Positions 36,114-47,248 are shown, counted from the first letter of the stretch. The stretch: DNA of 64,000 nucleotides from an uncultured Flavihumibacter sp. (GCA_965649495.1 CBFGLD010000002.1:200-64199); one strand, 5' to 3'. Program-made: numbers and translations. Notes: generated by a model not told the origin, from the sequence alone.

Positions 36114-36581
36114 TCAGTTCTTCCGGAACAATGAATCGGCCCGCTGAATGCTGGAAAGGATGCTATTCTTTACTTTTTCCACTTTTTCCTGTTCGTTGCG
36201 AAGGTATTCCAGGCGAAGTTCGGGATTTCCCTGTGCGGAGTCGGGATTAAACTCTTCCATCCAGGTATTCATGCTGTATTCGGCATAGTTCAGGTCTTCC
36301 TGGATATCCATCATGGCTTGTTGTTTTTGAGCCTTAGCCTCAGACGAAGAGAGCTTGTTGAGGCTGTCAAGTGCCCGCTGCGCCTGTTGCTGGTAGCCCC
36401 TCAGCTTACCCATTTTGGCCATCCCGATATCATGCCCTTCCATCACCAGTTTATAGAGGCTGTCTTCCGGGGTGCGCGGCGAATCCGAAAATCCATCCTT
36501 ACGCTGCTCCGCATCTGTGGATGCCTGGTTACAGGCAAGCGCCAGGCAGGCGCCAATGATAAGAAAGCTTTGTTTGATCAT
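36114..36581 (-). CDS. Hypothetical lipoprotein (helical)
   Basis: Lipobox LALAC; VMEGHDIGMAKM, MNTWMEEF motifs. Confidence 0.8.
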   Translation of the reverse strand: MIKQSFLIIGACLALACNQASTDAEQRKDGFSDSPRTPEDSLYKLVMEGHDIGMAKMGKLRGYQQQAQRALDSLNKLSSSEAKAQKQQAMMDIQEDLNYAEYSMNTWMEEFNPDSAQGNPELRLEYLRNEQEKVEKVKNSILSSIQRADSLFRKN

Positions 36582-36649
36582 TCGGGGAGGGTTTGGTTCT
36601 GCAAATATGCGGGATGTCCGCTAATTTGCAGCACTAAAGCTTGCTATAT

Positions 36650-38695
36650 ATGAATAAACTGGGGAACTACATAACCGGGAAATGGATCACCGGGGATGGA
36701 GACGGACAGACACTTTACCATGCAGTTACGGGGGAGGCCCTTGGTGCTGCCAGCACGAAGGGGCTTGATTTTGGAGCCATCACCGAATATGCCCGGCGGG
36801 TGGGTAACCCGGCCCTGCGGCAGATGACTTTTCCGGAAAGAGGGCGCATGTTACGTGCGCTGGCACTTCACCTGCAGCAGTATCTTCCCGAGTTTTACGA
36901 GATCAGTTATCGTACCGGCGCCACTCGTGCTGATAGTTGGATCGACCTGGAAGGGGGTATCGGCAACCTGTTCTCATATGCCTCCCTCCGCCGTCGTTTT
37001 CCCAACGAAACCTATGCGCTCGACGGCGAATCGCATAACCTGGGAAAGCAACAAACCTTTATGGGCACTCATATCCTGGTGCCAAAAGAGGGGGTGGCCA
37101 TCCATATCAACGCGTTTAACTTCCCCGTATGGGGTATGCTGGAGAAAGTGGCGGTCAACCTCCTGGCAGGAGTGCCTGCCATCGTAAAACCCGCTACAGT
37201 CACTTCCTTCCTGACCGAAGCGGTGGTACGCCGCATTGCCGAATCGGGCATTTTACCCGCAGGTGCGTTGCAGTTGATCTGCGGCAGTGCGGGTAACCTG
37301 CTGGATCATGTACAAAGCCAGGACGTGGTGACCTTTACGGGATCGGCCACTACCGGACTCCACCTGCGAGCGCACCCTGCCATTTTGAAGGAGAGTGTTC
37401 CGTTCAATATGGAAGCGGACTCACTTAATTGTATCATCCTGGGATCTGATGTAGAGCCCGGTTCTCCTGAATGGGACCTATTTATCAAAGAGGTAAGGAA
37501 GGAAATGACGGTGAAAGCGGGACAAAAATGCACGGCCATCCGCAGGATATTTGTACCGGAGAATCGCCTGGAAGCCACCTGGAAGGCGGTGGCCACAGCG
37601 CTGCAGCAAACGGTAATTGGTGATCCCCGCAACGAAAAAGTACGGATGGGGGCCCTTGCGGGCAGCAGCCAGAAAAAAGAAGTGCTGGAACAGGTGGGCA
37701 AGCTGTTGGCAGGAGCCCAACTGGTATATGGATCGCTGGACAGTGTGGAGTTAGTGGATGCCGATGCAGGTAAGGGCGCTTTTATCAGTCCCCTTCTCCT
37801 GGTGAACGAACAGCCTTTTGTGCATACCGCCCCTCATGAGGTGGAAGCATTCGGTCCGGTGAGCACCATCATGCCTTATAAGGATGCGGAGGAAGCGATA
37901 GCCTTATCGCGCATGGGCAAGGGCTCGCTGGTAAGTTCCATCGTTACAGCAGATGCGGCTATAGCCCGTAGTTATGTGCTGGGAGCCGGGCCCTGGCATG
38001 GGCGGATACTGGTGCTGGACCGGCATTGCGCGAAAGAGTCCACCGGACACGGATCCCCGTTACCATTGCTGGTACACGGAGGGCCGGGCCGTGCGGGAGG
38101 CGGTGAGGAAATGGGGGGAATACGAGGAGTGAAACACTATATGCAGCGATTGGCCATTCAGGGATCACCGGAAATGATCACCGCCATTACCAATGTGTAC
38201 CAGGCGGGCGCGCCGGGCCTGGAGGATCGTATCCATCCCTTCCGGAAATATTTTGAGGAACTAAGGGTGGGCGACCAGTTGATGACGGGCAGGCGGACTA
38301 TAACGGAGACGGATATCTCCAATTTCGCCAACCTGAGCTGGGATCATTTTTACGCCCATACCGACCACACATCTTTAGAGGGAACGCTTTTTGAAAAGCC
38401 GGTGGCACATGGTTACCTGGTGCTCAGCGCAGCGGCGGGTTTATTTGTAGACAGCAGTGCCCGGGGGCCGGTAATGTTGAATTACGGCCTTGATGAGCTG
38501 CGCTTCCTGAAGCCGGTATATGCCGGCACTACCATCCAGGTACGGTTCACCTGTAAGGAAAAAATGGACCAGGAAAAGAAACTGGATACGGATGTACCCC
38601 GTGGCATCGTTAAATGGATGGTAGAGGTGCTGGATACGGAAGGTGAACAGCTTGCCGTTGCCACCATCCTAACAATGGTGCAGAAAAAAAATTAA
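36650..38695 (+). CDS. paaZ: Phenylacetate degradation bifunctional protein (ALDH + MaoC hydratase)
   Basis: [44 protein letters not shown]; C-terminal MaoC domain. Confidence 0.93.
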   Translation: MNKLGNYITGKWITGDGDGQTLYHAVTGEALGAASTKGLDFGAITEYARRVGNPALRQMTFPERGRMLRALALHLQQYLPEFYEISYRTGATRADSWIDLEGGIGNLFSYASLRRRFPNETYALDGESHNLGKQQTFMGTHILVPKEGVAIHINAFNFPVWGMLEKVAVNLLAGVPAIVKPATVTSFLTEAVVRRIAESGILPAGALQLICGSAGNLLDHVQSQDVVTFTGSATTGLHLRAHPAILKESVPFNMEADSLNCIILGSDVEPGSPEWDLFIKEVRKEMTVKAGQKCTAIRRIFVPENRLEATWKAVATALQQTVIGDPRNEKVRMGALAGSSQKKEVLEQVGKLLAGAQLVYGSLDSVELVDADAGKGAFISPLLLVNEQPFVHTAPHEVEAFGPVSTIMPYKDAEEAIALSRMGKGSLVSSIVTADAAIARSYVLGAGPWHGRILVLDRHCAKESTGHGSPLPLLVHGGPGRAGGGEEMGGIRGVKHYMQRLAIQGSPEMITAITNVYQAGAPGLEDRIHPFRKYFEELRVGDQLMTGRRTITETDISNFANLSWDHFYAHTDHTSLEGTLFEKPVAHGYLVLSAAAGLFVDSSARGPVMLNYGLDELRFLKPVYAGTTIQVRFTCKEKMDQEKKLDTDVPRGIVKWMVEVLDTEGEQLAVATILTMVQKKN

Positions 38696-38722
38696 CTTTA
38701 ATGTCCCACTAAACTTCCGTGT

Positions 38723-39502
38723 ATGATAAATGAAGTAAAAGGCGGTTATGTAAAAACAGATAAGCACAAAGGCATAACCACCATCGAGTTCTTTCATCCA
38801 CAGAGCAATTCCTTACCCGGCAAATTGCTGGAGGAGCTGGCCCACGAGATCCATGGCGCGGGGCACGACGACGAGACAAGGGTCATTGTGCTTCGATCTG
38901 GTGGAGACGGGGTTTTTTGTTCGGGCGCTTCTTTTGACGAGCTCAGTAATATCCGGACTCCCGAACAGGGGTTCAGTTTTTTTAGTGGTTTCAGCCATGT
39001 GATCAATACCCTGCGGAAGATTCCAAAGCTGGTGATCGGGCGGATTCATGGTAAATGTGTAGGTGGGGGGGTTGGACTGGCGGCAGCGGTTGATTACGCC
39101 ATTGCGGTGGAAGGAGCCGAAGTGAAACTCAGTGAACTGGCAGTAGGGATAGGTCCTTTTGTGGTAGGACCCGCAGTAGAAAGAAAAATCGGCACTTCGG
39201 CGTTTTCACAGCTGGCAATAGACGCAACAATGTGGAGGAACGCAGACTGGGCGAGGCGGAAAGGCCTGTTTGCCGAGCTGCACCCCAACCAGGAAAGCAT
39301 GGATGAATCAATTGACCGGTTGTCAGGAACCCTTGCCGCTTCTTCTCCAGAGGCCATGCAGGAAATGAAAAAAATGTTCTGGAGGGGAACCGATCACTGG
39401 GATCAGTTGCTGACCGAACGTGCTGCCATCAGTGGGCGGTTGATCCTGAGTACATATGCAGTAGCAGCAATTGAAAAGTTCAGAGCCAGGGTTAAAGCAT
39501 AA
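38723..39502 (+). CDS. Enoyl-CoA hydratase/isomerase family protein
   Basis: FCSGASFDEL, GKCVGGGVGL, LSELAVGIGP. Confidence 0.9.
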   Translation: MINEVKGGYVKTDKHKGITTIEFFHPQSNSLPGKLLEELAHEIHGAGHDDETRVIVLRSGGDGVFCSGASFDELSNIRTPEQGFSFFSGFSHVINTLRKIPKLVIGRIHGKCVGGGVGLAAAVDYAIAVEGAEVKLSELAVGIGPFVVGPAVERKIGTSAFSQLAIDATMWRNADWARRKGLFAELHPNQESMDESIDRLSGTLAASSPEAMQEMKKMFWRGTDHWDQLLTERAAISGRLILSTYAVAAIEKFRARVKA

Positions 39503-39507
39503 CGGTG

Positions 39508-39849
39508 TTACCATTTTTCTTCGTCGTCGGCTTCCGGAGGCGGTTGTCGGAATTGCATCCTGGACCTTAGCTTCTGTAGCTGCCTTTCGATGATAAGGTC
39601 TGCAATGATATAAGCAGTATCCTCTCCCACTTTTTCACGGAGCAGGAACTTTAGTTTGTTTTCGTTTATATCTACCCGGTAAAGAACATGGATCAGCTCG
39701 TTGAAATCACGGTTAATCATCCCTGTTACCCAGGCGGCCAGGTCTTCCCGTAATTCCTTCCAGTTTCCCTGCCTCGTATGGATACCGGGAGTGTTAAGGG
39801 TCAACGCCTTTCTCAGCTCTTCCAGCAATATGGGGGATGCTTCTTCCAT
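39508..39849 (-). CDS. Conserved hypothetical protein
   Basis: DFNELIHVLYRVDINE, ADLIIERQLQK motifs. Confidence 0.8.
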   Translation of the reverse strand: MEEASPILLEELRKALTLNTPGIHTRQGNWKELREDLAAWVTGMINRDFNELIHVLYRVDINENKLKFLLREKVGEDTAYIIADLIIERQLQKLRSRMQFRQPPPEADDEEKW

Positions 39850-39961
39850 GTTCGTGATCCTAAAAATTTGTACCGTAGTCTTTTGACGGCCGCTGGCTTG
39901 CTGGCTACCTCAATAATACTGCTTGATGGGCATGCTTCCAAAAGTTTACTGTTGGCTGGCT

Positions 39962-40741
39962 TCAGAATTTTTCAATCACGCCGAGAGCAAAAAGGGCGTA
40001 ATCGTATTTGACAGGGTCTTCGGGGTCCCAGCGGCGCAGGCAACTGGTCAGCTCCTGGGCAGCAATCCAATCGAGCTGTTGGCGCTTGAGCAATCCGAAG
40101 CGCCGGGCCACACGGGCCACGTGCAGATCAACGGGGCAGACCAGCTGGGCGGGACGGATTCCTTTCCATACACCAAAATCTACCCCATGTGGATCCTGAC
40201 GCACCATCCATCTTAGGAACATACTGATCCGTTTGCAGGTGGAATTCCTGAAAGGCGCCGCGATGTGTTTTCGGGTGCGGTGTGGCACCGCATCTCCGCT
40301 AAAAAAATAATGGTAAAAGCCATTGAGAGCGGCGGTGGTATCCTCATCCCCTGGACTACAGTTCCGGGTGAAGGCAATTTCCAGCGATGGGTATTGATGG
40401 TAATGCCGGTGAAGAAAATCCATGAAATAAAGAAGGTCAGTATCATTGAACGTGCGGTGCCGGAATCCCAGAAGTTTTTTCAGATCGTGTTCCTGGTGGT
40501 GGAGCACAAAGTCGTGTGGTGCGTCGTCCATACGCCGCATTAATTCATTCGACTTATTTATGATGGTGGTCCTGTTACCCCAGGCGAATATGGCAGCGAA
40601 GAATCCAGCGATCTCAATATCCTGGAGTTTACTGAAACGGTGCGGTACGCTGATGGGGTCCTCTGTGATGAAGAATGGCTGGTCGTATTCTGCGACCTTT
40701 CGGTTGAGAAAATCCAGGAGTTTTTTAGGTGTCTGACACAT
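39962..40741 (-). CDS. TIGR02757 (DUF2400) family protein
   Basis: DPISVPH, AWGNR, CKRISMFLRWMVR, VDFGVW, PVDLHV, DPVKYDYALF; ATG 40741 inside the palindrome gives 259 aa. Confidence 0.88.
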   Translation of the reverse strand: MCQTPKKLLDFLNRKVAEYDQPFFITEDPISVPHRFSKLQDIEIAGFFAAIFAWGNRTTIINKSNELMRRMDDAPHDFVLHHQEHDLKKLLGFRHRTFNDTDLLYFMDFLHRHYHQYPSLEIAFTRNCSPGDEDTTAALNGFYHYFFSGDAVPHRTRKHIAAPFRNSTCKRISMFLRWMVRQDPHGVDFGVWKGIRPAQLVCPVDLHVARVARRFGLLKRQQLDWIAAQELTSCLRRWDPEDPVKYDYALFALGVIEKF

Positions 40742-40827
40742 GTTCGGGGGACGTTCGGACACATGTTCGGATAACGTCCGAACGTCCCCCGAACATGTGT
40801 CAGACACCTCAGGAAACACCTCAGGAA
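40727..40827. repeat. REP-like palindromic element copy B with 12-bp tandem duplication
   Basis: Perfect 34-bp inverted repeat 40727-40760 / 40776-40809; ACACCTCAGGAA x2 at 40804-40827. Confidence 0.92.
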
Positions 40828-41960
40828 ATGGCTTTTTCGAGGTCATTGATCAGGTCTTCTGCATCTTCCACACCAACGCTCAGGCGGATCAAAGAATCCG
40901 ACAGTCCGTTTTTGATCCGCTCTTCGCGGGGGATGGAAGCATGGGTCATGGAAGCGGGGTGATTGATGAGTGATTCCACTCCGCCGAGACTTTCGGCCAG
41001 GGAGAACAGGTGGGTTCCCGAAAGAACCTTTCGCGCCGCTGCTTCACTGTCGTCTTTAAGTATAAAGCTCATCATACCCCCGAAGCCGCGCATCTGCTGT
41101 TGGGCCACGGCATAACCCGGATGGTCCTCAAACCCGCACCAATAAACTTTCCCCACCGCAGGATGCTGGCGCAGCCAGCGGGCGATTTTTTCGCCATTCT
41201 CACAATGGCGTTGCATCCGCAGGTGCAGGGTTTTGATGCCACGCAATACCAGGAAACAATCCATCGGGCCGGGTACCGCCCCGCAGCTTTTCTGGATGAA
41301 ATAAAGCCTTTCGCGCAACGCGGGGTCATTCATTACCAGGGCACCCTGGATCACATCGCTGTGTCCACCGAGGTATTTAGTAGAGGAGTGCATAACGATA
41401 TCGGCGCCCAGGTCCAGTGGATTCTGAAGGTAGGGGGACGCAAAGGTATTGTCCACACAAAGCAGAGCGCCGGCGGCTTTGGCAACTGCGGCCATGTCAG
41501 CAATATCGGCGATATTCATCAGTGGGTTGGTGGGTGTTTCTACCCAAACCAATTTGGTAGCGGAGCTGACAGCGGCACGAACCGCGGCACCGTTGCTCAT
41601 ATCCACGTATCGAAAGCGGATCCCGAAGGGCTCAAATATTTTGGTAAACAGGCGGTAGGTACCTCCATACATATCGTTCCCCGCCAATACTTCATCCCCT
41701 GGGGTCAGTAATTTCAGGACAGCATCGGTAGCGGCCACCCCACTGCTGAACGCCAGTCCGTACCTGCCGTTCTCTATTTGCGCCAGGGCTTCTTCCAGTG
41801 CCTTTCGGGTAGGATTTTGCGAGCGGGCATATTCAAAACCCTTATTCACTCCTGGTGCTTCCTGTACATAGGTGGAGGTCTGGTAGATCGGTGTCATGAT
41901 GGCACCGGTGCTGGGGTCAGGTTCCATACCGGCATGGATAAACTTCGTTGCGATCTTCAT
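40821..41960 (-). CDS. Cystathionine gamma-synthase/gamma-lyase (Cys/Met metabolism PLP enzyme)
   Basis: PIYQTSTY, YARSQNPTR, ETPTNP, HSSTKYLGGHSDV, AESLGGVESL. Confidence 0.93.
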   Translation of the reverse strand: MKIATKFIHAGMEPDPSTGAIMTPIYQTSTYVQEAPGVNKGFEYARSQNPTRKALEEALAQIENGRYGLAFSSGVAATDAVLKLLTPGDEVLAGNDMYGGTYRLFTKIFEPFGIRFRYVDMSNGAAVRAAVSSATKLVWVETPTNPLMNIADIADMAAVAKAAGALLCVDNTFASPYLQNPLDLGADIVMHSSTKYLGGHSDVIQGALVMNDPALRERLYFIQKSCGAVPGPMDCFLVLRGIKTLHLRMQRHCENGEKIARWLRQHPAVGKVYWCGFEDHPGYAVAQQQMRGFGGMMSFILKDDSEAAARKVLSGTHLFSLAESLGGVESLINHPASMTHASIPREERIKNGLSDSLIRLSVGVEDAEDLINDLEKAIS

Positions 41961-42013
41961 ATTTCTTTCTTATGTGTGTGGATTGATGCGGTGAATGTAA
42001 GAAAAAAGGGGCC

Positions 42014-43930
42014 TCAGGAAGAAAGGGCTGCCAGTACAAGAGTCCGCCAGGCATTGCCTGTCTTGTTAAGCGAGCCGGTGTTGCGTGCGGGAGAGCCTGT
42101 CATGCCCTGGGGGGCCGGCGGCGAATCCAGCACTCTAGGCAACAGGATACCTTTCTTCACCAATATTCTGCGGGATTCCTGCAGCCGCTCCACCATGGTA
42201 TTACTGTCCAGCCATTGCTGTTCCGGGGGCTCATAACCGATTTTTCTTTTCTGCCAGCAAACCTCGCGCGGCAGGCGGGATTCCATAGCTTTCCGCAGGA
42301 TCTGTTTGGTAAAGCCATCATGGATCTTATGGCTGGGGGGCAGGGAAAAGACAAAATCTACCAGGTCCGGTTGCAGGAAGGGAAGCCGAACCTCCCGGCC
42401 GTGAGCCATGCTGTTGCGATCGGCATAGCGCAGTAATTCGGGCAGGCGGCCCATGGTCATGTCGTAATATAAGATGTCGTTAAGCCTTGTCACGAGGGGT
42501 TTATAAATCATTTCCGGGGGGAAATAGGCCGCAGCATATCCCGGGTCCAGGAAGGGAGTGCGGGTTACCTGGCGGTGCAAGCCTTTCATCAGTTGTTCCT
42601 GCGCCACCTGGGGGAAGAGTGCCGCCAGATAATTCTTCCAGTTCCAGTCTTGCTTCCAACCGTGGGCACGGAACAATTTACGTTCGCGGCGGCAGAGCTT
42701 CCACCTGCCTGCCCGCCATTGTTCCTGAAGAAACCAGTGCAGGTAATTATCATATCCCGCAAGTAATTCATCGGCACCCTGGCCATCAAGCAAAACGGTA
42801 ATACCGTGTTGCCGCGCCAGTTCCATGACCTGGAATTGTACCACAACACTGGCGGAAACGATAGGTTGCTCCTGGTGCCAGAGGACAGTATCGAGTAGGG
42901 AGGAAAGGTCAGCCGCCGTAGGACTGACCTGGTGGTTCACGAGAGCGAGGTGGCTGCTGACGGCATCGATCCGCTGCTTTTCATCTTTCTCATAACCGGG
43001 AAATACGGCTGAAAAAGTCTGGAAGCCCGGAAAACCGGAAACGATGGCGGCGATGGAGGAGCTGTCTACCCCCCCACTCAGTGAGGCTCCCACGGCGATG
43101 TCGGAGCGCAGTCGCTTCTGGACAGAATCTACCAGCAGTTCCCGGAATTTTTCCACTGCCGCTGTTGCGTTAAGTGGTTCCTGGCGACTGCTGTCGATAT
43201 CCCAGTAACGGGTAGCCTGTGGAAGGGTATGAATGCCTGCCTCCGGCGATGCCATCCTGCGGTCCTGCCAGGGTAGTACCATAAAATGTGCCGCCGGAAC
43301 CTGGAAAATGTCTTTATAGGAGGTGCCGGAATCGTCCAGTGGGAAGGATGACAATCCCGATGACAGGTACAGCAGCAACAAGTCTTCCCGCATGTTCCGC
43401 GGTGCACCTGCAGCCCAGAGGGCTTTTATTTCGGAGGCGAACAAAAAGCGGCCATCGGGCGCTTCGTGGAAAAAAAGGGGTTTCTCTCCAAAGCGGTCAC
43501 GGGCCAGGAACAGGGTGGATGCTTGTTCATCCCAGATGGCGATAGCGAACATGCCATCGAAGTACCCCAGGCAATTTGATCCGTATTGCGCGTAGGCGGC
43601 CAGGATCACCTCGGTATCGGAGGCGGTATAAAAATGGTGGCCAAGTTGCTGCAACTGCAGCCGCAGTTCAAGATAGTTGTAGATCTCACCGTTGTACACC
43701 ATGGTGAAGCGACCCTGCCGGGTCATCGGTTGTGCGGCTGCGGTACTGGTATCAATTACGGCAAGTCTTCGGTGACCCAGGAAGACACGATGACTGGCAT
43801 CGTTCCAGAAATTTTCGCCATCAGCACCGCGGTGGGCCAGGGTTTTGGTCATGGAGCGGATATCGCGGTGATGGATAACCGATTGGTCGGGATCACCCGC
43901 CGGTGCCAGGATACCTGCGATTCCGCACAT
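42014..43930 (-). CDS. asnB: Asparagine synthase (glutamine-hydrolysing) family amidotransferase
   Basis: MCGIAG start, HRRLAVID, NGEIYNY, RDRFGEKPL, SLSGGVDSS, GQGADE. Confidence 0.88.
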   Translation of the reverse strand: MCGIAGILAPAGDPDQSVIHHRDIRSMTKTLAHRGADGENFWNDASHRVFLGHRRLAVIDTSTAAAQPMTRQGRFTMVYNGEIYNYLELRLQLQQLGHHFYTASDTEVILAAYAQYGSNCLGYFDGMFAIAIWDEQASTLFLARDRFGEKPLFFHEAPDGRFLFASEIKALWAAGAPRNMREDLLLLYLSSGLSSFPLDDSGTSYKDIFQVPAAHFMVLPWQDRRMASPEAGIHTLPQATRYWDIDSSRQEPLNATAAVEKFRELLVDSVQKRLRSDIAVGASLSGGVDSSSIAAIVSGFPGFQTFSAVFPGYEKDEKQRIDAVSSHLALVNHQVSPTAADLSSLLDTVLWHQEQPIVSASVVVQFQVMELARQHGITVLLDGQGADELLAGYDNYLHWFLQEQWRAGRWKLCRRERKLFRAHGWKQDWNWKNYLAALFPQVAQEQLMKGLHRQVTRTPFLDPGYAAAYFPPEMIYKPLVTRLNDILYYDMTMGRLPELLRYADRNSMAHGREVRLPFLQPDLVDFVFSLPPSHKIHDGFTKQILRKAMESRLPREVCWQKRKIGYEPPEQQWLDSNTMVERLQESRRILVKKGILLPRVLDSPPAPQGMTGSPARNTGSLNKTGNAWRTLVLAALSS

Positions 43931-43940
43931 GCTGCAAATA

Positions 43941-44510
43941 TCAGAAAAAGCTGATCGGCATGCGGACAGATTCATCGTCCCATCCGATCACCAGGTTGGC
44001 GGTGCCGCTGCCGTTGGATTTTTCAAAATACATACTGAAGGATTCCAGCACTTCACCGTTGCGGGCAACGGGCAGGTCTACCCGTGCTACGTCCTTTTTG
44101 GGGTCGTATTTAAAGGCGCCCCAAACATCCAGTTCTTTGTTCACGATAAGGGTCCAGCGATTCTGGGTAGGGATAGCATAGAGGGTATAGCGGCCTTTTT
44201 TGACGCGGTGGTTGCCGATACGGGCATCACGGAAGAGTTCCAGCTCTGTGGCTTCATTGGCCCCCAGCCGCCAGATGGTACCGCTTTCCACCAGCTCGCC
44301 AAATACCTGGCGACCGTTTTTTTGCGGCCTGCTGTAGACAACCCGGGCCATTAAGGGCTCACTGGTCTTGTCCTGGATCTTCAATATGGGATAGTTGGCA
44401 GGATAATAACTCATATCCATGGGCGATTTGTCGACGGTGGGGTAGCGCGATTGTGCCATCAGCACTACGCTGGAAAAGCAGGCCATCAGCACCAGTATCG
44501 TTCTTTTCAT
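43941..44510 (-). CDS. DUF2911 domain protein, secreted
   Basis: Signal peptide; DKSPMD, YSRPQKNGR, WRLGANEATE. Confidence 0.88.
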   Translation of the reverse strand: MKRTILVLMACFSSVVLMAQSRYPTVDKSPMDMSYYPANYPILKIQDKTSEPLMARVVYSRPQKNGRQVFGELVESGTIWRLGANEATELELFRDARIGNHRVKKGRYTLYAIPTQNRWTLIVNKELDVWGAFKYDPKKDVARVDLPVARNGEVLESFSMYFEKSNGSGTANLVIGWDDESVRMPISFF

Positions 44511-44630
44511 GGTTACAACAAGATTGAGGGTCAAAAATAAAGCAGGATGCATAACATTCCGCAACCGTTCATATGATATAACTCAAGAATCCCAAAAGCG
44601 GCTAAGGTTTAATTTTGAAAAAAATATTAC

Positions 44631-45926
44631 ATGCGCCCTCCCATCCATTATTCAGATGCTGCAGAAGCATTGTCGGTGATCCGTTCCGGTGATCGTGTTT
44701 TTGTTCATGGCAGTGCCCAGACGCCCACTTACCTATTACAGCGGCTGGCGGCGCAGAAGGAGCGCCTGCGCGATGTGGAGTTGGTAAACATCAGTGTTTA
44801 CGGTGACATCATGGTGGACAGGCCAGAGTATGAGGGGCATTTTCATATCAACTCCTTGTTTGTTTCGGCCAGTATCCGGGAGGCGGTTCGGGAGGGGCGG
44901 GCGGATTATGTGCCGGTTTTCCTGAGTGAGATCCCCGAGTTGTTCAAGCAGGGTATTTTAACGGTGGACGTGGCCCTGGTGCATGTTTCAGTTCCCGACC
45001 AGCATGGTTATTGTTCCTTAGGGGTTTCGGTGGATGTAGCGCGGGCGGCGGTAAACAATGCCCGGTATGTGGTAGCGCAGGTGAATCCAAATGTTCCGCG
45101 GACGCATGGTGACGGCATGATCCATGTGAGCCGCTTTCACAGCATGGTATATTGCGAGGATCCGCTGCACGAAGTGGTCTTTGGAGAAAAAGGTGGCGAG
45201 GAAGAGCAGCGCATCGGACAGTATATAGCCGAAATGATTGAGGACAGGAGTACGCTGCAAATGGGTATCGGTGCCATTCCCGATGCGGTGTTATCCTGCC
45301 TGGGCAATCACCGTGACCTGGGGGTGCATACGGAAATGTGCAGCGACGGCATCATTGACCTGTTTGAAAAAGATATCATTAATAACCGTTACAAGGCCAT
45401 CCACCCCAATAAAACGGTGACGGGTTTTGCGCTGGGCAGCAAGCGCCTCTATGATTACGTAAATGATAATCCCGGTTTTGCCTTCCTGGATATCGATTAT
45501 GTGAATGACACTTCAGTAATACGGCGAAACCCGCGTATGGTGGCCATCAACAGCGCGGTGGAGATCGACCTGACCGGTCAGGTTTGCGCTGACTCCATAG
45601 GCACCTACCAATATTCCGGGATTGGTGGGCAGATGGATTTCATGCGGGGCTCAGCGCTGAGCGAGGGAGGCAAGCCCATCATAGCACTGCCCTCCCGAAC
45701 CAGGAACGGGCAACCCCGCATCGTTCCATTCCTGCGCCAGGGGGCCGGGGTGGTTACAACAAGGGGACATATCCATTATGTGGTGACGGAGTATGGTGTG
45801 GCCTACTTGTACGGGAAGAACCTGAGGCAGCGTGCTAAGGCACTGATACAAATTGCCCATCCCGACGACCGGGAGTTGCTGGAGCGAGCCTGTCATGAAA
45901 GGTTCAGGGTGTTTCCGGGTTTTTAA
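44631..45926 (+). CDS. Acetyl-CoA hydrolase/transferase family (4-hydroxybutyrate CoA-transferase-like)
   Basis: TLQMGIGAIP, GVHTEM, SGIGGQMDF, VTEYGVA. Confidence 0.92.
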   Translation: MRPPIHYSDAAEALSVIRSGDRVFVHGSAQTPTYLLQRLAAQKERLRDVELVNISVYGDIMVDRPEYEGHFHINSLFVSASIREAVREGRADYVPVFLSEIPELFKQGILTVDVALVHVSVPDQHGYCSLGVSVDVARAAVNNARYVVAQVNPNVPRTHGDGMIHVSRFHSMVYCEDPLHEVVFGEKGGEEEQRIGQYIAEMIEDRSTLQMGIGAIPDAVLSCLGNHRDLGVHTEMCSDGIIDLFEKDIINNRYKAIHPNKTVTGFALGSKRLYDYVNDNPGFAFLDIDYVNDTSVIRRNPRMVAINSAVEIDLTGQVCADSIGTYQYSGIGGQMDFMRGSALSEGGKPIIALPSRTRNGQPRIVPFLRQGAGVVTTRGHIHYVVTEYGVAYLYGKNLRQRAKALIQIAHPDDRELLERACHERFRVFPGF

Positions 45927-46512
45927 GTATGCTGCTGCGGTAATAATTGGTTACAAAAAGCAGCAATTCCGGAAAAAACCGGTGGTAGCTATTGCGCAGC
46001 AACTCCATATTGGCTTCAAAGGCTGCGATGGCGGGAGCAGCCTCCTGCAGGTATTTAGCACGCCGTACCAGTCCCTCCATACTTCTTGCAATGCCCCAGG
46101 AGTGGCGATAGTTTGATAGCCAATCCTGTTGTTTCATATAAGGAAACATACCTGCAAACTTTTCAGGGAAATGGATATGATGTTGTTGCAGGGTATCATA
46201 TACCCAGTTACTGAAAGTCGGAAGGGCATCACCCGGAAATGCAATGGGATCGGTAGCCAGGAAATGATCATAGGCTACGTCCAGGAAAGCCGCGCTGTAC
46301 AAACCGGTAGCATCACGAAAAATCTTTTTCGCTTCCAGGTTAACGGGGTGTTCATCCGTAAATACATCAATGGCCCGGTGAAGTACGATCCCATTTTGGA
46401 TGGCGGCAGGAAACTCGAAACGCTTTTTGCCTTTCACAAAATCGCTGATCAGGTTACCCACCAGAAGCTCCGGTTGGCGAAAAGAAAGGTATGCGTGCGC
46501 CAGGTAATTCAT
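45904..46512 (-). CDS. ACP phosphodiesterase (AcpH/DUF479) family
   Basis: MNYLAHAYLS, GNLISDFVKG, LHRAIDVFTD, DVAYDHFLA. Confidence 0.9.
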   Translation of the reverse strand: MNYLAHAYLSFRQPELLVGNLISDFVKGKKRFEFPAAIQNGIVLHRAIDVFTDEHPVNLEAKKIFRDATGLYSAAFLDVAYDHFLATDPIAFPGDALPTFSNWVYDTLQQHHIHFPEKFAGMFPYMKQQDWLSNYRHSWGIARSMEGLVRRAKYLQEAAPAIAAFEANMELLRNSYHRFFPELLLFVTNYYRSSILKNPETP

Positions 46513-46728
46513 ATCTGCGGCATCAAAATTAAAAAAGCCGTTTTCCACTTCTCTAATTTAACCATGGATTAACCGGGATTTATTTTTTGCTTAACAAATT
46601 TTAGCATGTGCCGGTAAACACGCTGCTTTCAGCGGATTTCCGGATACCTGAAACGGCTCATCTTATCAGGCATTTTGGTTTTTTTTTATTACGCATGCCG
46701 CAAATCACTATTTGCTTGACACCAGTGT

Positions 46729-46753
46729 GTAACCAAATTACTTTTACATCGTC
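46729..46753 (+). promoter_or_regulatory. Putative ECF sigma promoter
   Basis: GTAAC-N16-CGTC, about 50 bp before ATG 46802. Confidence 0.55.
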
Positions 46754-46801
46754 AAACATATCAAACGACATTAATCATTAAACCTTTCAAATTTTAGAGC
46801 T

Positions 46802-47248
46802 ATGAAAAAGATCATCGTAATTGCAGCAACAGCATTCATCAGTCTGTCAAGCTTTGCAAATGTTGACCCCATCACTGGTAAGGTACTCCAGTCATTCCGC
46901 AGTGAGTTTTCCGATGCAAAAAATGTACAGTGGAAATCACTTGATGATGCAGGTTTGTTCCAGGCTACTTTCAGCTTCAACAACACAGAACTGAGTGCCT
47001 TCTACAATGCAGACGGAGAGCTGGTTGCCACCGCACGTTACATTTCTAAGGAAAACCTACCGATTATGGCAGCTAAAGCTATTGCCGAGCGTTACCCGGA
47101 AGCGAAAGTTGGAAATGTGATCGAGCACATCTCTAACGGTGTAACCACTTACCATGTAACACTGAACAGTGAAAAAGTGGGCATGATTGTATCTGCCAAT
47201 GCCAGCGGAGACCTGACAGTATTCAAAAAAATCAAAAACAAATTGTAA
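46802..47248 (+). CDS. Secreted protein, PepSY-like/BLIP-like repeat family
   Basis: Signal peptide; VLQSFRSEFSDAKNVQW, AFYNADGELV, LP motifs. Confidence 0.75.
   Translation: MKKIIVIAATAFISLSSFANVDPITGKVLQSFRSEFSDAKNVQWKSLDDAGLFQATFSFNNTELSAFYNADGELVATARYISKENLPIMAAKAIAERYPEAKVGNVIEHISNGVTTYHVTLNSEKVGMIVSANASGDLTVFKKIKNKL

Noticed and set aside
36650-39502. Complete phenylacetate catabolic cluster
   Set aside because: Only paaZ and a crotonase-family gene are present; other paa genes are not in the window
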